64,000 bases of DNA, taken from assembly GCF_009914755.1 (NCBI RefSeq), contig NC_060934.1; one strand, given 5' to 3'. The notes beneath the pieces were generated by a model. It ran no database searches, was not told the origin of the DNA, and saw only the letters and a program-made list of their open reading frames with translations. The stretch comes from the human T2T-CHM13v2.0 reference genome, Homo sapiens. Each line of letters opens with the position of its first letter. Position 1 is the first letter of the stretch. Below, in pieces: positions 57,531 through 64,000 of this stretch. The position numbers were made by a program, and so were the translations under genes.

Positions 57531-58884
57531 AAATTTTTTAAATTGGAAGAAATAAGAAAATTGGATAAATTCTGCCCTTCTTTGCAAGTCTTGGGAAAGA
57601 TATGCTCGCATTCTCTCTAATGAATAGGATTTTAAAGAAGAAAGTCCTATGCATGATTACTTTAGAGTTGCTTTTACTTCTGATGTTAAAGGATCATGTT
57701 GTCTATTTTGGAAGAGCAGGAGGTTTAACCTCTGATGTAAAATCTTGGCTAAAAATTCTCATAGGGGCCAGCGAAAAGGGGCAGAGAGTGCAAAGGGAGA
57801 GATGGCTGGGTGAGGACCATAGAGGGGATGAATTAAACGTAACGTGTGATTTGTCCTTGTACATAGGTAGGTTATGCGTTTTTATACCTATAAAAGGTGT
57901 CTCATGTAACACATTCTGTATTACAATGATAGTGGAACCCTGAATCTCAGGTGGGATTTTATTCAAGGTTGTGCTGGTCGCTCATGGCCGAGTCTCTACG
58001 GTGGGCTCCACCTGCATTGGTGCAGGACTCTCTGGGTCACCCCAGGGTTGTGGGCAGATTGGAGAGTGCAGGACTCATGGCTGCCCCTCCTGCTGTGGCC
58101 AGACGTGGACGCAGGCTCTCGGACAGGGTTCTCATCTTCCACACCCCACCCTTATCTCGAGAACCCATTTTCCCACCTTTTCCCTGCATTCCCCTGTGAC
58201 TTTTTCATGCTGCATATTCTGTGTTCATATGACTTTCCTCTCTTTTCCTCTCATAGCACACTGAAGGCATGAGATTATGGTATTTCACATGAATTTTAAT
58301 GAGTAAAGTATCACAAGAATTAGAAGTATTGCAGCTACCGAGAATACAGAGTGGCCTGTCTCTACATTTCAAACAGCATCCATTGCCATAGAAACGGAAC
58401 TCTTTGGAGCTAAAATACATAGAAAGGTGATTACTTAACCGTACATCAGAGAGCATGTACCAGATAAGGAGGGCGGGCCAGACACCTCTGAGAGGATTCT
58501 GAGCCTGGAGTTAGAGCAAAGGAAATCATCCGTGTCTCCGGTTCATGTACCATTTCTTCTTCTTTCCTTCCCTCCACTCCATTGTCAGTTTGCCTACCCA
58601 TTGCAGGCAATCTGGCCCTTTGCTGGCTCTATTTTGGCTAATGTTATCTAACAATGAATGTTACTAAAAGAAGGTCTTGCTTGCATTTTGAAGGCATATT
58701 AAAAATATTTTCTTACTATTTTTTATCATTGCAAAAGCGTTAAGGGTTCACTGTAGGAAATTTAGAAACCTCTATTCCCACTACCCAGAGTGAATCTCTT
58801 AAGATGCTGGTCTTTATCCTCCCTGCACGTATGAGTAGAGGAGACAACCAATGCAGTGGCAGGGAGATGGGCGTGTCCACCCCC

Positions 58885-59075
58885 TTTCTGTGCAGCCCTG
58901 GGAGGCTTGCTTCCGCTCTCTGCATTCCATTCTCTCACTTGCAAGATGGGGATAATATCAGCACATAATCCATGGGATCCTCGCGAGAACTACATGACTT
59001 AATTCATAGAAAGGACTTGGAAGATGCCTTGACACAGTCATTGCTTCGTGCATATTAGAGTTTATTATTATAATA
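58885..59075 (+). mobile_element. MIR SINE
   Basis: ttctctcacttgcaagatggggataatat...aggacttggaagatgcctt. Confidence 0.65.
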
Positions 59076-59904
59076 ACATATTGCCTTGTACTTTATTTGG
59101 TTTTAACTTAATGTTCATTTAATATATTTTAATATTTTGATAACTTTGTTGTAGTTATAGAATATCCACTATATATAGAATATATATGCAATCATGAGAG
59201 ACAATCCTTATAAGAACATAGCTGCCCTCCAACACAAGAGGATGGTGTCAGTGGAGCAGAAGTAGAGAGGCGGACAATGCAGCTAAGGGCTCATGGTCAC
59301 CTGGAACCAATCAGGGCAGTCGGGCTCAGGAATGCAACTCTTTTGCACAATGCACAGGTCTGGAAAGGAGCTGGAATTGAATTTCTGAGGTACAGCTGCT
59401 GGTTGAGACCTTCATCCTTGCCAACATCAGAAGAGAACTGTCCCTGCCTAGTTTTCTGAGGTTGTAGCCAAAAAAACCACGAGCTTTTGGAGAAAGGAGA
59501 AAGCAGCTGCATTTATCAATGGGCATGCATACTGGAAACCAGGAGCCTCCAGCTGCTGCCAGAACTGAGTTAGGGCCATATTCCCAAGGAGGTTGGAAAA
59601 AATCACGACCCTCTGAGAAGAAGGCTCACTAATATGAGAGAAAATATTCATCCAAAGTGGTACCCACCAAGGGGGCAATGCAGACAGGCCATTTCATAGC
59701 CATGAGCAGGGACCCGTGCATTAATAGGAACATCAAAACCACAGGAAAGAGACAACCGAGAAACTTGAAAAAGATGTTCAAGCAAGTATGGACGAACTAT
59801 TCAAGTGACACAGGGCATCCATTAAACAACTGTAAGAAGAAGCAACAATGAAAAAGAATCCACTGAAAGTGTTGTAAATTAAAAATAAAACAATTTTGGT
59901 TTTA

Positions 59905-60315
<411 letters not shown>

Positions 60316-60654
60316 TCAAAGGATGCTCAAGATAGGTCGAGAAACTCTCCAATGAAGAAAACCGAATAAATTGGGAGGGGATGATATTATACTTAAATTG
60401 ATAATAAGTCAAAATTTGGGGTATTAGAGAAACTAATATGTGGCTTAAAACAACACAAACTTACTGTCTTACAGTTCTGGAGGCCAGAGGTCCTACAAGG
60501 GTCTCACTGAGCTAAAATCAAGGTGTCCATTCAAATACAAAGGAGACCAAGTTGTTAAAAAACCAAAAGAAAAGCATGTGAAGCAGAAATGATCAATTCA
60601 CATAGTAGAATGAATAGCACAAGAAAAGTAAGCTCACTTGTTGAAAGGCAACAT

Positions 60655-61145
60655 CTGTCTGGGAGGCAACATGAAGATTCCCAAAAATATCCACTTTCTA
60701 ATCCCTGGAACCTCCAGATGGGATTAAATTAAGAACCTTCAGATGGGAGGTTATCCTTCATTATCCCCGTCAGCCCAAGGTAATCATGAGCCCTAAAAAT
60801 CAGGGAACCTTTCCCCGCTGTAAAAATCAAGGAGCTTTTCCCAACGGTGTCCAGGAAAAGATGTGATGACGGAAGAAGGGTCAGAGAGCTGCAACTCTGC
60901 TGGCTTTAGGATGGAGGGAGAAGCCATGGTGCAAGGGATTGAGGCGGCCTCTGGAAGCTTGGAGAAGCCCGGAAACAGCCCCCACTGGAGATCCCAGAAG
61001 GGAGGACAGTCCTGTGGACACCTTGAATTTAGCTCAGTGAGGGTCCTGTTGGACCTCTGGCCTCCAAAACCGTAAGATAACACGTTCACGTTGTTTAAAG
61101 CCAAATAATAGTGGTAATTTGTTACAGCAGTAAGAGAGAATGAAC
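60655..61145 (+). mobile_element. MLT1D-like MaLR LTR
   Basis: tctaatccctggaacc...gatgggaggttatcc...gacaccttgaatttagc...gtggtaatttgttacagcag. Confidence 0.85.
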
Positions 61146-61154
61146 GGAGCCTGC

Positions 61155-61670
61155 TGGTTTTTATTTATTTGAAGTATTCATGCTCAGTTCTAAAAGCATA
61201 GAAAACTGAGAGAAGTACGCATGCACACACACAGAAGACACACGCACGTCTATAATCCCACTCCACAGAACCCCACTCTGCTCATTTCCATGTGCATATT
61301 TACTTTATAGGACCAAACTTATTTTATTCACTCCGTTTTCAAGCTTTCTTTTAGTAAGCAAAAATATTTTCCCACATCAATAGACATTGCTCTTAGAACT
61401 ATTTTAATGGTTGCATAATTTACCAATGCATGGATGCAAGGCAATGATTTAACAATACCCTGATTATTGGGCACACATGTTGCATTCACAGTTAGTGTTC
61501 TTGTAAGCAATGTCAGGATGATTTCTTGAATGTGTATCTTTGCCTGCTTTGTATCACGGTTTTCTTAAAATGAAATAGAAATTCTGGTCCAAAGGGTACG
61601 AACCTTTAATACTTAAAAATATAATACTTCATTGCGTTATTACCATGCAGAAATATTCTAGCAGTTCCCA
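61155..61670 (-). mobile_element. Old L1ME 3' region
   Basis: ttttaatggttgcataat...atttaacaataccctgattattgggcac...aaattctggtccaaagggta. Confidence 0.65.
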
Positions 61671-63601
61671 CTGATTTTAGTTATATATTTGGGGGTGAGG
61701 GTGGGAGGAAGGAAGAAAAGGAGAGACAGACAGGCAGAGAGACCATTGTGGCATTTCTGTGGCTTCCATCTCTCTCCTGACTCATGGTCCTGATAGCAGG
61801 CATGGCTTTAGGCAGGCGTCCCCAGGTCCGAGAAGGAGAGCCCCCATCCTAGCCAGCCTGCGGAACTCGGGACAGGAGAATCATCTTCCCTGCTAAGCTT
61901 GCCCCTGGCCCCAGTCTGGACCAGTAAGGAAGATATTCAGATCCACACAGAAAAAATAAGCAAAAGGAAGCAAGTAAATAGGTGCCTAATTAAAGAAGTC
62001 GTTTGAAAATTCAAATAATGTCTTACCATTTGTCATAAGAATGAAATCACCTGAGCATTGCAGCCAGGTGAATCTGTGTTCATAAAGAGATATTTTATAT
62101 ATATTTATTTCTCTAAGCTCCACTCTCAGTTTTCTCATCCATGAAACGCAGGTGAAAATATTTCTAGAGATTTTGTAATGGTAAATATTTGTGTCTGCAA
62201 GGAATTTACCACAGGGCTTGACGCAGGGTGTGCAATCGGTAAATTCTGGCTGCTATTATTACACACAATTGTGTTACTTGCCCCCTCCTTTTAGTTGTTT
62301 TAAAGCAGGAACCACAGCATGGGTATACTGAACCCTTTGGGGAGTGAGGCTATTCCTCCAACCTCTGGAGTCCTGAGGAGGTTCGATCTGAGGGCTGCAG
62401 AGGTAGCAGCTGTGAAATTCATCATCACTTTGCTTGCACGCTGACATTGCTTCTTGAATTGCAAGTCACTGCGATTTGCAATTCTTTGCCCCCCCTCATC
62501 CCCTGGAAATCTTAGCAAACCAAAGATTGGTATGTCATCACCGTTTTAGAGAACTACAGAGTCATCCCCCAAGATCTTCTGATAGGTACAGCCTTCGGTC
62601 TAGGGTACCTGTACCGGAAAAGCAATTATTGTGTAGTGGACCTTGCTCTCTGTGATCTGGGCATTCAGCTACTTCCACCTTCCCATCTAAATAGCTATCG
62701 TCCTATTAGCAATAATAACTCTCTCTGCAAATGCTAAAGGGCTCTGTGAGTCAGCTGGGCATCTCAATGGATGGTTTGGGGAACTCTCCAGGACACACAG
62801 GGGGTCCAGCTAAGGAGATGGGTTAATGAGTGGCAAAGTTAAATCCAGCATTGGCGTCTTCACAACACCTGATTTATTCATACGTGACGCTCCGGACAGA
62901 CCATAACTCCTTTCCGTCTCTTTAGCAGACAGGTGTGTTGCAGTAGAACACAGGTTGTGTGTACAGCAGCCTAGAAGCACACAGGCAGAAGCTCCTTGAG
63001 AACAGTCTCTCCCTCTTAGGGGCATTGCATCTCTTGACGGCCTTTCAGAGAGATTATCCTGCCATGCGCGTTTCCATGTTGTTCCCATTTCAGAGGTGAG
63101 AAGACGAGGGCCAGATGGGTGCAGCTACCTGGCTGAGGCACTCATTTGAGAATTGGGATGGAGTGTGATTTGAGTGGGACGTGAGCTGAAGCCTCGTCTA
63201 CTTCTCATCCGTCCATGAAAAGAGGCTTAGGATTTCTAACACATCCTAAAGCAGAAAACGGCCTTTTAAAAAGTAATCATCTAAATCTGGTACCCACAGT
63301 ACATAAAGGCTTCTCTATATTGAGATTAATTCTTATGCAGAATAAGACCAATGGTCATCATGTTGCTAAGACCTGGAGTCCACTGTTGGGTGTTTTGATG
63401 CACAGAAAAGTAGTGTAAACTATTCACTAAGTGTTCTAACATGTCTCAAAGCAGCATTTGCCCCAGAGAGTTTTGCAGAACTCATTATTTATTATATTAT
63501 TTCTGTATTGACACAATTCTGAATTTCAAATCAGACAGCCCATAAAATATTTCCTCTGGTAAAATACTAGATGTGGAAGAGGTTTCCTGTGCAGTATTAG
63601 C

Positions 63602-63890
63602 TGTGTGCACATGTGTGCCTGTATGTGTGTGCACACGTGTGCGCCTGTATGTGTGTGCATGTATTTGCACGTGTGTGCCTGTATGTGTGTGCCTGTGTGT
63701 GCTGTGTGTGAGGGGGCATGGATGTGTACATAGGTGTGTGCATGCATGCACAAGTATGCGCCCATATGTGTGCGTCTGTATGGGTGTGCATGTGTATACC
63801 TATGTGTGAAAGAGCATGAATGTGTGTGTATATGTGCACATGCATGTGCCTGTATGTATACAGGTGTGTGTTTATATACGTTTGCATGTA
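63602..63890. repeat. Degenerate (TG/TGCA)n simple repeat
   Basis: Alternating purine-pyrimidine tract. Confidence 0.9.
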
Positions 63891-64000
63891 AGTGTCTGTG
63901 GAGAGTTCCTTGGACTTATGGGGCAAACTGAAGTTTTCCTAGAATAAAAAAATTTGGATGGTTCCAGCTGCAGGAGGCATGCAGGTAAGTGAGAGGGTCT

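Overview
Primate (human-like) non-coding genomic DNA. I find no supportable protein-coding exon, RNA gene or prokaryotic-type system; the ORF track is explained by chance, simple repeats, Alu and L1 ORF2 remnants. The window holds interspersed repeats of all ages: CR1/L3, L2, MIR, old L1M, hAT (Charlie1-type, MER33, MER58, MER45), piggyBac MER75, MADE1, MLT1/MST/THE1, MLT2, about 11 Alu/FLAM/FRAM copies and 4 L1PA 3' ends. It also holds several minisatellites (49/59, 35, 71, 177 and 121 bp units), a density that suggests a subtelomeric band (inference). The most notable signal is structural. A truncated L1PA has a 5' junction rebuilt into a 110-bp-arm palindrome whose loop is an inverted 20-nt piece of the L1 itself, and the end of that arm coincides with the start of a 212-bp dispersed duplication. 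At least three more short, locally templated copies and two fold-back hairpins occur, one with pri-miRNA-like geometry. Subfamily names are recalled from memory, boundaries of old repeats are approximate, and mismatch counts were made by eye.
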